Below are positions 40,437 through 54,663 of a stretch of DNA of 64,000 bases, piece by piece. The stretch lies in the NCBI RefSeq assembly GCF_006345805.1, contig NC_043003.1:66588001-66652000 (forward strand), read 5' to 3'. Made by a program: the position numbers and the translations under genes. The notes beneath the pieces were generated by a model. That model did no database searches. It was not told the origin of the DNA and saw only the letters and a program-made list of their open reading frames with translations. This DNA is from Octopus sinensis. Taxonomy: Eukaryota. Numbering within the stretch: position 1 is the stretch's first letter; each line of letters begins with the position of its first letter.

Positions 40437-40734
40437 GCTTTTGCACGACTTCTAACGCTGGAGATGTACTGCAGTGTCAGCTGTTCACTTACCAGTGAAC
40501 TAAGATAACACCTCTTATGTTTCGAGCACCTTCCGGAGTAATCGAGCGGTTCCAAGCAGTGCTGCTTTCTGCAAGTGCCCCCCCCCATATTGCAGCCCCT
40601 TTTTGTTCCATGCAGGTCTCAAGATTTTTGCTCACTGTTCCCAGGGCTCCGACAATTATTGGTACCACAACCATCTTTTTCATCGACTACAACTGCTTAG
40701 CTTCCCAAGCTAACCTGTCATATCTATCGCCTTT
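40437..40734 (-). mobile_element. R4/Dong-type RLE LINE, short 5'-truncated 3' end in (TAA)n
   Basis: Minus translation KGDRYDRLAWEAKQL*SMKKMVVVPIIVGALGTVSKNLE, the typical R4-clade C-terminus; (ATT)n on both flanks. Confidence 0.75.
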
Positions 40735-40739
40735 TATTA

Positions 40740-40822
<83 letters not shown>

Positions 40823-40975
40823 TTTTGCCTACCTTTTCTTCCGTTTTCCCTCCATTTGGCTTTCTTTCTTTTTTATGAAATCTACGTGGAATTTCTGTTC
40901 TTTTGAAATGTTGTACATCAAATATTTCATTCAACGCTAATATCAGCAAAAGTTGAGATCTGGCACATTTTTTAG

Positions 40976-41006
<31 letters not shown>

Positions 41007-41129
41007 TTTTATATTTTTATTTTTATTTCTTATTTGCTTTGATGTTTGAAAACAAGCAACTGAATTTCCCCCGAGAAATGTCCAGGTGCTTCTGCTAAAA
41101 TTAAAATTAAATGGTATAACGATGGTGAT

Positions 41130-41195
41130 TAATATAGTAGTAACAATGATGATGATGATGATGATCATGATCATGATCATGACGATGATGATGAC

Positions 41196-41231
<36 letters not shown>

Positions 41232-41352
41232 AATGCTGATGGTAACGATGATGATGATTATGGTGATGATGTGATGATGATAGTGGTATGGTAGTGTTGG
41301 TGGTAATGATGATGGTGATGATGATGATGGTGGTGATGATGATGATGATGAT
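41130..41352. repeat. (GAT)n compound microsatellite
   Basis: Direct reading; source of the poly-M and poly-H ORFs. Confidence 0.95.
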
Positions 41353-41568
41353 CATTTTAAGTGGAATATAAAGAAACAAAGAAAAGAGAAGTAGAAGAAA
41401 GGAGAAGAATATGGTAAATAATAAAACTAAATAATCTATTTATTACTAAATCTACTTAAATATACTATTAGAGAATAGCAAAATTCTGTGTGTGTGAGTA
41501 TATATTTATATGTGTGTGTGTGTTGTATGTGTGTGTGTGTTGTGTGTGTTGTGTGTATGTGTGTGTGT

Positions 41569-41927
41569 GGAGGCCCAATGGCCCAGTGGTTAGGACAGCA
41601 AATTCGCGGTTGTAGGATCGTAGTTTCGCTTCCCAGACCAGGCGTTGTGAGCGTTTATTGAGCGAAAACATATAAAGCTCCATGTGGTTCTGGCTGTAAT
41701 CTTTCACCACAACTTTCTCACACACTTTCTTCCTGTTTCTGTTGAACCTGTATTTCAAAGGGGCCAGCCTTGTCACTCACACTCTGTGTCACGCTGAATC
41801 TCCCCGTGAACAACATTAAGGGAACACGTGTCTGTGGAGTGCTCAGCCATTGCACGTTAATTTCAAGAGCAGGCTGTTCCGTGATCGGATCAGCTGGAAC
41901 CCACGTTGTCGTAACCGACGGAGTTTC
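41569..41927 (+). mobile_element. Family C SINE (tail type 2)
   Basis: Family C head and body, then the tail shared with 37570-37750. Confidence 0.8.
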
Positions 41928-41930
41928 ACG

Positions 41931-41971
<41 letters not shown>

Positions 41972-42106
41972 TCAGCAGGTACTGGCATCGGCCACGTTCG
42001 GTTGGTGTTTTTTGCGTGACACCGGCATGAGAGCCAGTCAGGGAATACTGGCATCGGCCACGTTCGGATGATGCTTCTTACGTGCCGCATTGTGCATTCG
42101 GTTACC

Positions 42107-42170
42107 TGAGCCTGACGAGTTAGGTTTCGGTAAAAACACCTACGAAACTAAGTTGCGTTTAGTCGAATCA
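42107..42170 (+). ncRNA. Type I hammerhead ribozyme-like motif with canonical core
   Basis: CTGACGA (42112-42118), stem II GT(T)AGGT/ACCTAC, GAA, stem III ACTAAG/TTTAGT, and GTC cleavage triplet (C at 42164). Stem I is imperfect. Confidence 0.6.
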
Positions 42171-42848
42171 AACTGTTCTAAATAATATATATCTTACTAA
42201 ATGAGTTGAGTGTATAATATACATTAAATATATAGTATATACATAGATGCATATATATGTATATATATATATATATATATATAGTGGTGGCGGTATTGCC
42301 AAATACGGATTTTTGCTTCTTTGACCGTTATCGTAAGTCTTAATATATTTGGTTTCCGCTGATACAGAAAAACGGTGTTTGAAAAATCACTGATGTCGCA
42401 ATTAACCAGCAGAAAGGTAGAATCTTATATATGTCAAATGTCTTTCGCTGCTGCTGCTGTTTAGCCCCAGGTCAGCCTTTATTCAGCATACCTATCATCA
42501 AAGGGATTGCAGTTGCGACCGTCCAACTTTTGTAAGGTTATTCAGGTCTATATTTTTTCTGATACGTTATATTCTTATATGAGGCAGTAGGAAGTGATTT
42601 TAGGAGAAGCTGCCTGCTATTTCTAGCAGACAAAGCGGTTCCATGCAGACTTTTTTTCCCGAGTATATCGATCACAGTAACTGTCGCCTGATGCTTTCTT
42701 TTTTTAACTCTGATCGAATGAAAGTCAAAGTTGCCCTGGGGAATTTGAACTCAGAACATAAAGAACCGACGAAACGCCTCAAACATTTTTTCGATATAGT
42801 AACGGTTCTGCTAGATTACAGACTTAATAATAATAATAATAATAATAA

Positions 42849-42893
<45 letters not shown>

Positions 42894-42900
42894 TAATAAT

Positions 42901-43222
42901 AGCCATGTGTTGAGAGGGATTCTTTGGGGTTTGAATAATTCACCTCTGGAAACATGGGTGTTTCGTTCAACACCCTTGAACAACCCTTATTCAGGGACCT
43001 TTTGAGCGGGATGGGTTACTCGACCTGAAGAAAATTCTAACTGGGCCCCACCTGCAAGGTCATGTGCTGTTTATCTTGATATGAGATCACCATGTCGCGC
43101 ACATATGGTTGTAATGCATGTGCCTAGTGTACCCTTATCAGACGGGTAGTCATGATGGGTATACTGGGCTTCGTATATTTTACCCCAGTGTCACTTTGAT
43201 GGCATGCACTACTCTCTCACTC
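42901..43222 (+). mobile_element. Element D, 5'-truncated copy in (AAT)n
   Basis: Matches 4677-4998; (AAT)n on both sides. Confidence 0.75.
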
Positions 43223-43251
43223 AATAATAATAATAATACTAATACTAATAA

Positions 43252-43297
<46 letters not shown>

Positions 43298-43298
43298 T

Positions 43299-44452
43299 AC
43301 AATTAGCCTAGACACCTACCTGAAAAACTCTGAGGACTGGATGTTAAAACTTGTCTCAAAACATGAAAACAAGAAAGCATCATACTTAGTAACAAAACAG
43401 GCAAAAGAATATCTAAGTGAATTCCGAATACAACAAATTTCGGAATTAGACACAAGAAACAAGCACAGAAAAAGCTAAGCGCATGAAAACCCGTGCCAAA
43501 ACTGCGGCCTTAGATATTCTGAATGATAAATAGCAAGAAAAACCTCTCTATGGCAAATGCTCAAAGAGAGCGAATAATGTAAATGTTGACAAAGCCCAGA
43601 CCCATCAATGGCTAATGGCCTCTGGCTTAAAATCTGAAACAGAAGGGTTTATCAGAGCAGCTCAAGTTCAATGCCTACCAACAAGAAACTACCAGGCCAA
43701 CATATTAAAGAACGGCAGTAGCCCAACATGTCGTGTATGTCAACAACAAAGTGAAACCATTGTTGTCTCCAAGTGCAGTCTTCTAGCGCCTAGAGAGTAT
43801 CTCAACAGGCATGATAGTGCTACACAATATATTCACTGGGCAATTTGCAAAAACCTGGATTTGCCCCAGGAAAAAAACTGGTGGGAACACAAACCACCTC
43901 CAGTACTTGAAAATGACCACATCTCACTCCTCTGGAACTTCACCATTCAAACTGACAGAAAGATAGATGCAAATAGGCCAGACATCATATTGAAAGACTT
44001 CAGACAAAGAACATGCCTCCTCATTGATATGACTGTCCCAATCGATATAAACGTATCTGTCAAGGCCTACCAAAAAATGAGCAAATATAAAGATCTGGAA
44101 ACAGAAATCAGCAAAGAGTGGAACCTGAAGACTAAAACAATACTAGTTGTCATAGGTGCCCTGGGAATGATAGCAAAAGGGGCTGATTGATACCTAACTC
44201 AGATACCAGGAAACCCCAAAATGGCAGAAATTCAAAAGGTAGTGCTCATGGGAACTGCTCATATCCTACGCAAAATACTTTCTATGTAATCTCAAGGTTT
44301 AAAACAAACATAATTTTGGTTTTTTTAATTTTAAAATATATGACACACTAGGCATAACAACAACATGAACTTTAAACCTGTTGTCTCTTGAGGTCTCTGG
44401 GTGAGACTTGGAGCCAACTTGTACAAATATAAAGCAAAAGTCAAACATACAA
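43299..44452 (+). mobile_element. R4/Dong-type non-LTR retrotransposon, 5'-truncated (post-RT, zinc knuckle, restriction-like endonuclease)
   Basis: QEKPLYG...WLMASGLKSETEGFI, CRVCQQQSETI..C...RHD (CCHC-like, first His lost), RPDIILKD...LIDMTVP...KYKDL (PD-D/ExK RLE) and VVIGALG. Stop at 44289, then a 3' UTR; (AAT)n at both ends. Confidence 0.9.
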
Positions 44453-44479
44453 TAGTAATAATAATAATAATAATAATAC

Positions 44480-44697
44480 TCTTTTCTATGCTAGGTTCAA
44501 AGTCCGAAATTCTGTGGGATGGGGGCAGTCGATTAGATCGACCGCAGTACGCAACTGGTACTTAATTTATCGACCCCGAAAGGATAGAAGGCAACATTGA
44601 CAGCTACAGAATTTGAACTCAGAATGTAGCGACGGGCGAGGTACCACCAAGTATTTTTCCAGTGTGCTAACGATTCTGTCACTTCGTCACCACCTTC

Positions 44698-44738
<41 letters not shown>

Positions 44739-45142
44739 CTTTTCTACTAAAAGCACTAGGCATGAAATTTGTGGGTAGGGGAGTAGTCGATTACATCTAC
44801 TCCAGTGTTTCACTGGTACTTAATTTATCGATCCCGAAAGGATGAAAGGCAAAGTCGACCTCGATGGAATTTGAACTCAGAACGTAACGGCAGACGAAAT
44901 ACCTATTTCTTTATTACCCACAAGGGGCTAAACATAGAGGGGACAAACAAGGACAGACATAGGTATTAAGTCGATTACATCGACCCCAATGCGTAACTGG
45001 TACTTAATTTATCGACCCCGAAAGGATGAAAGGCAAAGTCGACCTCGGCGGAATTTGAACTCACAACGTAACGCAGACGAAATACCGCTAAGCATTTCGC
45101 CCGGCGTGCTAACAATTCTGCCAGTCCGTCGCCTTAATAATA

Positions 45143-45212
<70 letters not shown>

Positions 45213-45420
45213 TCCTTTATGCCGTAGGCTCAAAGCCTGATATTTGAAGGGTGGAGCATAATGAATTACATCGATTCCGGTGTTCCACTGGTACTTAGTT
45301 CATCGATTCCAAAAGGATGACAGACAAAGTCAAATCCAGCAGAATTTTAAATCAGAACATAAAAGCAGACGAAATACGACCGAGAATTTTTACCGGCGCG
45401 GTAACTATTCTGCCATTTCT
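44480..45420 (-). mobile_element. Family A SINE run (monomer, dimer, monomer) separated by (AAT)n
   Basis: Copies at 44480-44697, 44738-45133 and 45210-45420. Confidence 0.85.
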
Positions 45421-46139
45421 CTTTCTTATATTATCATTAACGTAAGAAATTATTAATTAGGTCGGTGATAGCGAGCAGGCTACGTTTCCACCAGCCAGTT
45501 AAAGCATGACATATTTCCAATTCCCTGTGGAAGCCACTTCACTGCATGCAATTCCAGTTCTTGGTAGAAGCCATTTCACTGCAACGTGGTTCCAATCCAC
45601 GATTGAAAACCACTTCATTTATACTGCTAACGACCTCATGGAAGCAACCATGAACTATCACGTTGGCCATTTCATCAAGATGGCGACTAGTTGGCTGAAT
45701 CCGGTGTAACAGCTTTTACTTTGTGTTCCTTCATTGTTCAAAAGCCTTTAGGGTCGATTTAAATATGCATTCTCGGGGAATCGGTAAAACGTTGAAATGG
45801 AATTTGTTGAGATCGAAAACACCAACACATTCTCTGCAAGATAAGAAGAATATATTATTTAAAAAGAGAGTGAAAAAGACAGAGGGTGCGAGAGAAAGAG
45901 ACAGAGAAGAGAGGGAGAGTGAGAAGGATAGTGATATAATTAGACAGTGAGATAGCTTTTTTTCTGCTGTTGTTGTTGTTCTTCTTCCAATCAGGAATCA
46001 CGCCATTAGTTACAAAGAATAATCTCCAATCCGAGCCTACTCTAAGCTACTAAGAATGCGTGTGGCAACTTGAAGATCCACCCACCACACGCGATAGACT
46101 GGCGGTTGCACGGGCGCGAAAGCTACGTTGTTATCCTCA

Positions 46140-46467
46140 TTCAGTAAACAGTGGCTTTTAACTGGTGTAGAGCTGAACCATCCTGGGGCACAAAGGATTC
46201 GAAATCTAGACTAGGGTCTGAAAGTTTACCACACCATAGTGGGTTACACCATGGGTCTTCTGGTTTGGAGCAGAAGTAGGAAGAAAGAGTGAGAGAAAGT
46301 TGTGGTGAAAGAGAACAGTGAGGTTCACCACACTCCTCTCGCCGGAGCCTCGTGGAGCTTAGATATTTTTGCTCAATAAACACTTACAATGCCCGGTCTG
46401 GGAATCGAAACCGCGTTCTTACGACCGTGAGTCCACTGCCCTAACCACTGGGCCATTGTGCCTCCAC
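46140..46467 (-). mobile_element. Family C SINE (tail type 3)
   Basis: Reverse complement of the family C head and body, followed by a tail unlike the other copies. Confidence 0.7.
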
Positions 46468-46544
46468 TCTGCTGTTGTTGCGCAGTCTCAGTTAGCCCCG
46501 ATCTAACAGCTCTATCTTCATTGTAATCAGCCCCCTCTAAGGCG

Positions 46545-46990
46545 ATTAGCTGGCTGAAACGTTAGCACGCCGGGAAAAATGCTTATCGGCATTTCGTCCG
46601 TCTTTACGTTCTGAGTTCAAATTCTGCTGATGTTGACTTTGCCTTTCATCCTTACGGGGTCGATAAAATAAGAACCAGTTGAACGCTGGATTCGACTTAC
46701 TTCTCCCCGAGATTGCTGGCCTTGTACCAAAATTTCTGGACATTACTGTCTCAAGCCCTCAGACTCATAAGACTGGTTATTCGGCTTATAATTGGCCGAA
46801 ACCTCAACAGTATTCTATGAACGGGACACATGTCCATCGCAAGGTAGCTTCTCCATAGCTGAGCGAACTGAAACAACGTTAAATGAAGTGCTTTGCTCAT
46901 AAATTCAACGCACTACCCGGTCCGGGAATCGAAGCTATAATGTTGAGATTGGGAGCGCAAAAATCTTAACCACTGGGTCACATGCCCTCA
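46545..46990. mobile_element. Family A SINE (+, 46545-46735) and CORE/RTE-tail SINE (-, 46790-46990)
   Basis: Recognisable heads and B-boxes in each copy. Confidence 0.65.
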
Positions 46991-47064
46991 CAATAGGCTT
47001 AAAGTACATAGAAAATTGTTTACTGTTGTTTTTATCGTTTAATCATCCACTTCACCATAATCAA

Positions 47065-47480
47065 GCCTTGTACTTATTTTGTCGCTCTGTTTTGCTGAAC
47101 TGCTAAGTTACAGAGACGTAAACAAGCTAACGCTAATTGTCAAACAGTGCTGGGGGGGTGCAAACTCACACACATGCACACACGCACACACTTTATATAC
47201 AACGGTCTTCTTCCAGATTCCTTTTACCAATTCAACTCGCAAGGCGTTGGACCTCCCGAGGCTATAGAAGAAAACATTGGTCCAAGGTACCACGCTGTGG
47301 GACTCAACCCAGAACCAGAACCGCGTGGTCAGGAGGCAACCTTGTCTGCGTTTTTATAGTATTCTGTTTTATAAAAGCAACAGCTCCATAAACTAACAGA
47401 AAACTATTGATGGAATCAGAAACTATATTAGTATTAGCAACTGCAGTTACAATGTGAAGGAACATTAGCTGAGCAGTATA

Positions 47481-47515
<35 letters not shown>

Positions 47516-48027
47516 GCAGCAGCAGAATCAGCATCATCAGCAGTGGCAGCAGCAAGAAGGCAAGAAGAGTGAATATCTGCAAACATTAGCTGCTGTAATA
47601 AAACCAATAAACAAGAAATGCATTCTTGAAATATTGTTCTGACATAGGTTACATATCTATGGATTTCATAGAGAATGCAGCAGTCGTTTCTATCGATTTG
47701 GAATATATGGTTTCTAGCTGTTTTTATCGATCTCCTTGACCTTACTGAGATTTGAACCCGGCATGTTAAGAAACGCCTGCAAGTCATCGTTAAGAGCACT
47801 TCATATCTGTCTCTGAAACACCAACAAAGATGTCTGTGGATCTGTGCAAGAAATAGATTAAGAGGCCAGGCATGGGTGTGGGGTTAAGGTGGTCGCTTTG
47901 CTAACATAGGTTGGAGTTCAATCTCACTGTGTGGCACCTCGATGAGTGAGTGTCTTTAAACATAGGCCCGGGTCGGTCAATGCTTTGTGATTGAATTTGT
48001 TTGATGGAAACTGTGTGAAAGCCAGTC

Positions 48028-48090
<63 letters not shown>

Positions 48091-48592
48091 TCTTTTATTT
48101 GTTTCACTCATTTGACTGGGGCCATGCTGGAGCACCGTCTTTAGTCGAGCAAATCGACAACAGGACTTATTCTTTTTTAAGCCTAGTACATATTCTATCG
48201 GTCTCTCTTGTCGAACCGCTAAGTTACGGCGATGTAAACACATCACCATCGGTAGTCAAGCGATGTTGCGGGCACAAACATAGAGACACAAACATATATA
48301 TATATATAGGACGGGCTTCTTTCAGTTTCCTTCTACCAAATCCACTCACAAGGCTTTGGTCGGCCCGAGGCTATAGTATATGACACTTGCCCAAGGTGCC
48401 ACGCAGCGGTACTGAACCCGGAACCATGTGGTTGGTAAGCAAGCAACTTACCGCACAGCCACTGCTGCGTTTATATATATATATATATATATAATATATA
48501 TATTATATATATATATATAGTTAATCCAAACAAGAAAGCACAAAAAAACACAACCACGCGAGGACGTGGAACAAATATAGTATTATTGGACG

Positions 48593-48680
<88 letters not shown>

Positions 48681-49020
48681 CTTACAATTAAATTTAATAA
48701 TTACATACTTAATTTTAAAGATAATGTCATATTTTATACGCTACTACTGATATAATGATTTTGATGATTATATCCTTAATTTATAAGTAAATATATATGT
48801 ATGGATGTTTATATAGACAAGCATGTATATGTGTGTATGTCTTCATTTTTGTGTGCCTCCCCTCCTGTCATAGCAATTGGTGTCCCCGTAACATAGCAGT
48901 TCGGCAAACTATCCAAATTAAGTACCAGACCTTAAGAGTTAGTATGGAGTCGCTGTATTTGACTAAGCCCTTCAAGGCAGTGCCCCAGTATGGTCGCAAT
49001 CAAATACTGAAACATGTAAA
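47065..49020. mobile_element. Family B CORE-SINE copies in mixed orientation with (CAG)n and (TA)n tracts
   Basis: Copies at about 47065-47345 (-), 47865-48030 (+), 48090-48470 (-) and 48840-49020 (+, 3' half); (CAG)n at 47480-47550. Confidence 0.75.
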
Positions 49021-49989
49021 AGGTAAAATATATATCGATGAATAAACAAACAATTCAAAGAGAAAGCTTCTATTTGTTCTTTTGACTTGCTAGAAATAAC
49101 AACCAAATCTCCAGCAAATCAGACCTCACTATTAAAAAGAGAGTAAAGTTTCTCTGAAGACTCCAGCTAGAATGTTTTGGTGAAAAGGTTTGATGGAGAA
49201 AAGTTTTCTTGAACTGAGTTACTAATGACTGAAATATAGAAGATATACCAATTACCTTTAATGATAAAACCACCAAGTTGAAGCATTTTTGGGGCGTGAG
49301 GTAATGAATTAAGTCCAAACAAATGAAATCCGTCATCGAATCTTATATGATTGATCCCGCATAATTGGAAGGCTGGCTCTTCGTATCCATCAGCATTTGA
49401 AATCGGAATACTCGTGGAAGAAAATAATGTCTACAAGGTGCTAAGTTCCTTGATTATTTTCTGTTCTTGGGCATCTGTAGATATAACTTTAAAAAGTGAT
49501 TGAATTGCACTGCTAACACCGTAGGACACAGGGTTGACATATATAGCCTTTAATATACTTAGTAGTAGATTATGGTTGCATAATGAAATACGATATACCT
49601 ATCAGCAAATAATATGCATGTACCAGATGCCAGGAATGTGTTTATCGTGTAAACTGGTATATCCAATTATGTTACACTGCATTATTTGGGGATTATTTAA
49701 GCAACGTGTTCGTGGACGGTTAATGGGTTGGATGTGGTACTGAGAAGGAGCAATAACTCCTGAAATATGTATATACACCAACCACCAACTTTTTTATCTT
49801 TTACCGCATTGTTTACATAGACGTATTTGTATACAAATCGTCGTAAATTTCAATTTTTACAAAAACTCTATAGCGATAACTTTAAAAATCTTCAGATTAT
49901 ATAACAAGAGATCCTTGATATACAAGGATCTCTATTCGGGTAGTCTAAGATCCACGATTTATAACGGGTGCAGTTACGTACATGGGTAT

Positions 49990-50250
49990 GGGTCCCAACG
50001 CCTTCTACAGTGGCTGGTCATAAGTCTGTATTCCGTCTTCGAAATACAGGCCAAGAGAATTTACGCATTGGCAGGTCCCACATTGAGATCCCACATTTGA
50101 GATCTAATTACATGGTCATGGAGCATCATCCTCCCTCACACAAATGCCTAATCTCAGTTTGCATCATGTCTGTCTTCCTATTGCTGGAAGTGAATGGTTC
50201 CAAGTCTCTTTTTTTCTTGACGCATGGTTTCCAATGATCTCACCCTGTTT
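49990..50250 (-). mobile_element. Degenerate RTE-like LINE 3' end
   Basis: A minus frame gives CGTCQCVNSLGLY, resembling CGTCQRQCLSRIGLHSH of the RTE at 62270. Confidence 0.35.
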
Positions 50251-51523
50251 TCTGCCTGCTCCACTGCTAATATTTCTAATTATAATACAAAGTCAACAGT
50301 TTTAGAGAGAGGCATAGGTCGTTTAAATCGATCTTAGTGTTTCATCCCGAAAGGAATAAAAGGCAAAGTTATCGTCGGTGGAATTTGAGCTCAAAACGTA
50401 AGTAATCGAAAGAAATGCTGCTAAGCATTTTTTCCGACACGTTAAAGATTCTGCCAGCTCACCGCCTTATAAATGTCTCAAATATAACCATTTTTTTGTG
50501 TTATTAACCCACAATAGACGGAAAGCAAATTTAATTCCAGCCTGACATGAAATCAGAATTTATTAATTTCGCTACTGGCAAAATATTTTGCCAAGCACTT
50601 TTCAACTACGGCTATATTTTACAGCTCGACGAAAAAAAAAGAAGAAAATTAGATAAATAAAGAAGAAAAAGAAAATAATGATTTTATTTTTATTGACCGT
50701 TAAGGGAATTTAAACCAATCAAATATAATTGAGAATTTGGTATTAGATTGCAGATGAACAACAACGAAAGACTTTGATGTTATTAACCATTAAAAATAAA
50801 TAATGAATAATATAATAGCACTTGTTTTAAACAGTTCAAATGATCGCAAAACAAATTCAAGCGTTTATAATATTCATTTCATTGAAAAGCGTCAGCATAA
50901 AGTTAGCCTTTTCGGTATTATATTTTATTTTCAAAAGACTGCTAAACGTTTCTTATTGAAGTCTAATCAAATAGTCACATTAAAATGTCGTTATAGAGAA
51001 TACAAGCTTTCATTGACACCGACTTCGAAATTAATCGCGATTTCAAGGTTAGAGCAAGAACATTTGGCACAAAATTGGAGAAAATAAAATTAAAATAAAA
51101 AAGCAATTCAAATTTGGTGTGAAAATTAGTCTTTTCACGTTTTAGCTACTAGAAGCAATGACGAAATTTTTGTTCAATTTTGAGTGTCTGTTTTATCCAT
51201 AACTGTAGTATCTAAGGGTATTTTCATGAATTCTTTCAGCTCTATTAACTTAATTAAATACTTTATGTGTTTTTGTTACGATTGCTGTTTAGTACCAGGT
51301 CAGCCCTCCATCCCAGCAACGGCTAGCGAGAACGCTACATGCACTCGGCTTTATTGGGCCTTCTCAATTTTATGTGCGCATAGACAGTAACATGTATATA
51401 TGACGTTTGTAGTCTACAATATTTAGGAAACGTAGAATAAAGTAACTACTGATACTGTGAAAAGCCGTGCAGCTGAGTAAATAAACATAATATGCAATAG
51501 AAATATTAAAGAGAAATACAATA

Positions 51524-51767
51524 GATATCCATATATATTACTTAATGTAAATCCATCCATGAAAGGCAATTTACTGTGGTATACATTCAAGAGATAACAT
51601 CTGTTATGGACGTACTTTCTTTAAAAACAGTATATATATATATATGGCTGTGTGGTAAGTAGCTTGCTTACCAACCGCATAGTTCCGGGTTCAGTCCCAC
51701 TACGTGACAACTTGCGCAAAAGCCTTGTGAGTGGATTTGGTAGACAGAAACTGAAAGAAGCCCGACG

Positions 51768-51807
<40 letters not shown>

Positions 51808-51819
51808 ATATGTGTGTGT

Positions 51820-51862
<43 letters not shown>

Positions 51863-52063
51863 ATGCATGTTTGTGCTTGTTCCCCACCATCGCTTGACAA
51901 CCGATCTTTGTGTGTTACGTCTCCGTAACTTAGCAGTTCGGCAAAAGACCGATAGAATATGTACTAGGTTACAAAGAATAAGTCCTGGGGTTGACTTGTT
52001 CGACTAAAGGCGGTACTCCAGCATGACCGCAGTCAAATGACAGAAACAAATAAAAGAATATAT

Positions 52064-52108
<45 letters not shown>

Positions 52109-52338
52109 AGGAAAATTGTCCCACATGCAACTAGCGAGAACGCCAGATCTTAAGCAACAAATCTCGCCTCATGCTGTTACTGGCTTTGTGCACACGCCAT
52201 TGAGAAGTTTCAACGAAGCCGAAAGGCATCTGACGCTTTTAAACATAGCACGTCTATAACAGATGTTATCTCTGGACGAATACCGCAGTAAATTGCCTTT
52301 TAATGATGTATTTACGTTAAGTATGATATACAGATGTC
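51524..52338. mobile_element. Inverted repeats of about 90 bp bracketing a full family B SINE
   Basis: 51524-51613 is the reverse complement of 52250-52338; the same sequence recurs at about 38100-38190. The SINE B lies at 51644-52058 (+). Confidence 0.6.
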
Positions 52339-52493
52339 ATTCTTTACTTCACTCACTCTGTCTTTCTATCTGTTTCTCTCTCTCTCTCTCTCTCTCTCTC
52401 CATATGTATATACACATACAATAATATGCATCTATACAACACATTTAAACATATATACATACATAAATACTTACACACACACACACATATATG

Positions 52494-52526
<33 letters not shown>

Positions 52527-52543
52527 GAATATATATATGTATA

Positions 52544-52653
<110 letters not shown>

Positions 52654-52656
52654 TAT

Positions 52657-52687
<31 letters not shown>

Positions 52688-53368
52688 ATATATATAAAGT
52701 TAATCCAAACAAGAAAACAAAAAGACAACAACGCAAGGATGTGGAATACAAATACAAACACTCATACAGAAATGCCAAAACGCGCTTGTACTGATAGATT
52801 TTGGAAAGGTCCTATTATAAAATCTTATTATCGCCCTCACCGAATTTTGTGTCTTACTTTATGCTGTTTTATCTACCAGCAATTTTTCGTTTTAAGGACT
52901 TCAAAGCCTTTGTAACTTCAATTGATTTACATTTAATAGCTGATTTTTTCCTCTGTGCTACGTTGATAACAATCTAATCTAAACTCATACAAGAGGTCAA
53001 TGGGAATTATTTGACGATAAGTTTTCGGGTGAAGAAAAAAATATATAGCTAACAATGAGAAACAATAACCAGTAAGTGCGTTTAAAGTTTTAATATAACT
53101 ATTCCGAACTATAAACAATATTCGTTTCTCGGTTTCAGATTAAGTGTTGCAAAAGAAATTAAAAGACGTAATACGCTTGTGTGTGTGATGTATGTATGTT
53201 TGTATGTATGTATGTATGTATGTATGTATGTATGTATGTATGTATGTATGTATGTATATGTAATAATAAGAAAATGGAGAAAACCACAGATTAGCAAACA
53301 TATCGATTGAACCACATTCATAGTTTATTTATATAGTTATATGCATGTATATATATATATATATATAT

Positions 53369-53440
<72 letters not shown>

Positions 53441-53461
53441 GTATATGTGTGTATATATATA

Positions 53462-53645
53462 AATATATTTTTTCCTCTGTCTTCCCTTCTCGGGATCTTT
53501 CCTTCTCCTATGTTTCCGACGAAGTGCTCCGCTCGAAACGTTAAACCCTCCTTCTTCCCTTCTTTCCTGAGCGTCCAATAATATTATATTTTTTCCACGT
53601 CCTCGCGTTGTTGTGTTTTTTTGTGTTTTCTTGTTTGGATTAACT
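53462..53645 (+). mobile_element. Penelope-like pLTR fragment in (TA)n with hammerhead motif
   Basis: Reverse-complement match to 58557-58740; partial copies at 48519-48595 and 52698-52750. Motif GTTT-CCGACGA-A-GTGC-TCC-GCTC-GAA-ACGT-T-AAAC at 53512-53546. Confidence 0.65.
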
Positions 53646-53670
53646 ATGTATGTATATACGTATATGTGTG

Positions 53671-53728
<58 letters not shown>

Positions 53729-54000
53729 AATAGTAAAAAGTGAAAAAACTACAGAAGGCTTGTTTAGAACTCTTCTCAACATAAACATAACGATGTAAGA
53801 AATTTGAAAAGCTGAACGCGAAACCGGTCATTTCTTCAAAAACTACGTCATTGTAGGAAAAAAAAATTATAACATCCTTCAGACATATTGACTCAAATAT
53901 ATATTTTTTAACCTTCTAAAACAAGCCTACTGTACTTTTTTCACTTTTTACTATTTTTTATATATTCAACCACGTGCTTTCACATACCAACTTTCTCACC

Positions 54001-54052
<52 letters not shown>

Positions 54053-54150
54053 TAATATATATATATTACAGTGGTGGCCATAAGTCGCTCTACCTATTTC
54101 TAATAGTAATAATAAAGAAATAGGTAAATCGACTTATGGTCATCCCTGTG

Positions 54151-54214
<64 letters not shown>

Positions 54215-54423
54215 ATATATAATATATACATATATATATATATATATACATATATATAAATATGTGTGTGTATGTATAAGTATATATATATATCGATACA
54301 TATATATATGTATATACTTATATATATATATGTTTGTATGTATGTATGTATGTATGTATGCATGTATACATGTATGTGTGTATGTATGTATGTGTGCGTG
54401 TATGTATGTATGTATTTATATAT

Positions 54424-54599
54424 AGGCGTAGCTGTGTGGCAAGAAGCTTGCTTTCCAGCCACTAAGTTCTGGGTACAGGCCGCTGCTGCTATAGCCTCGC
54501 GCGAACCAATATGTTGTGAGGGGTTTTGGTAGATGGAAATTGAAAGAAGCATATCATATATATATATATGTGTGTGTGTGTGTGAGTGTGTGTCTGTGT

Positions 54600-54663
<64 letters not shown>

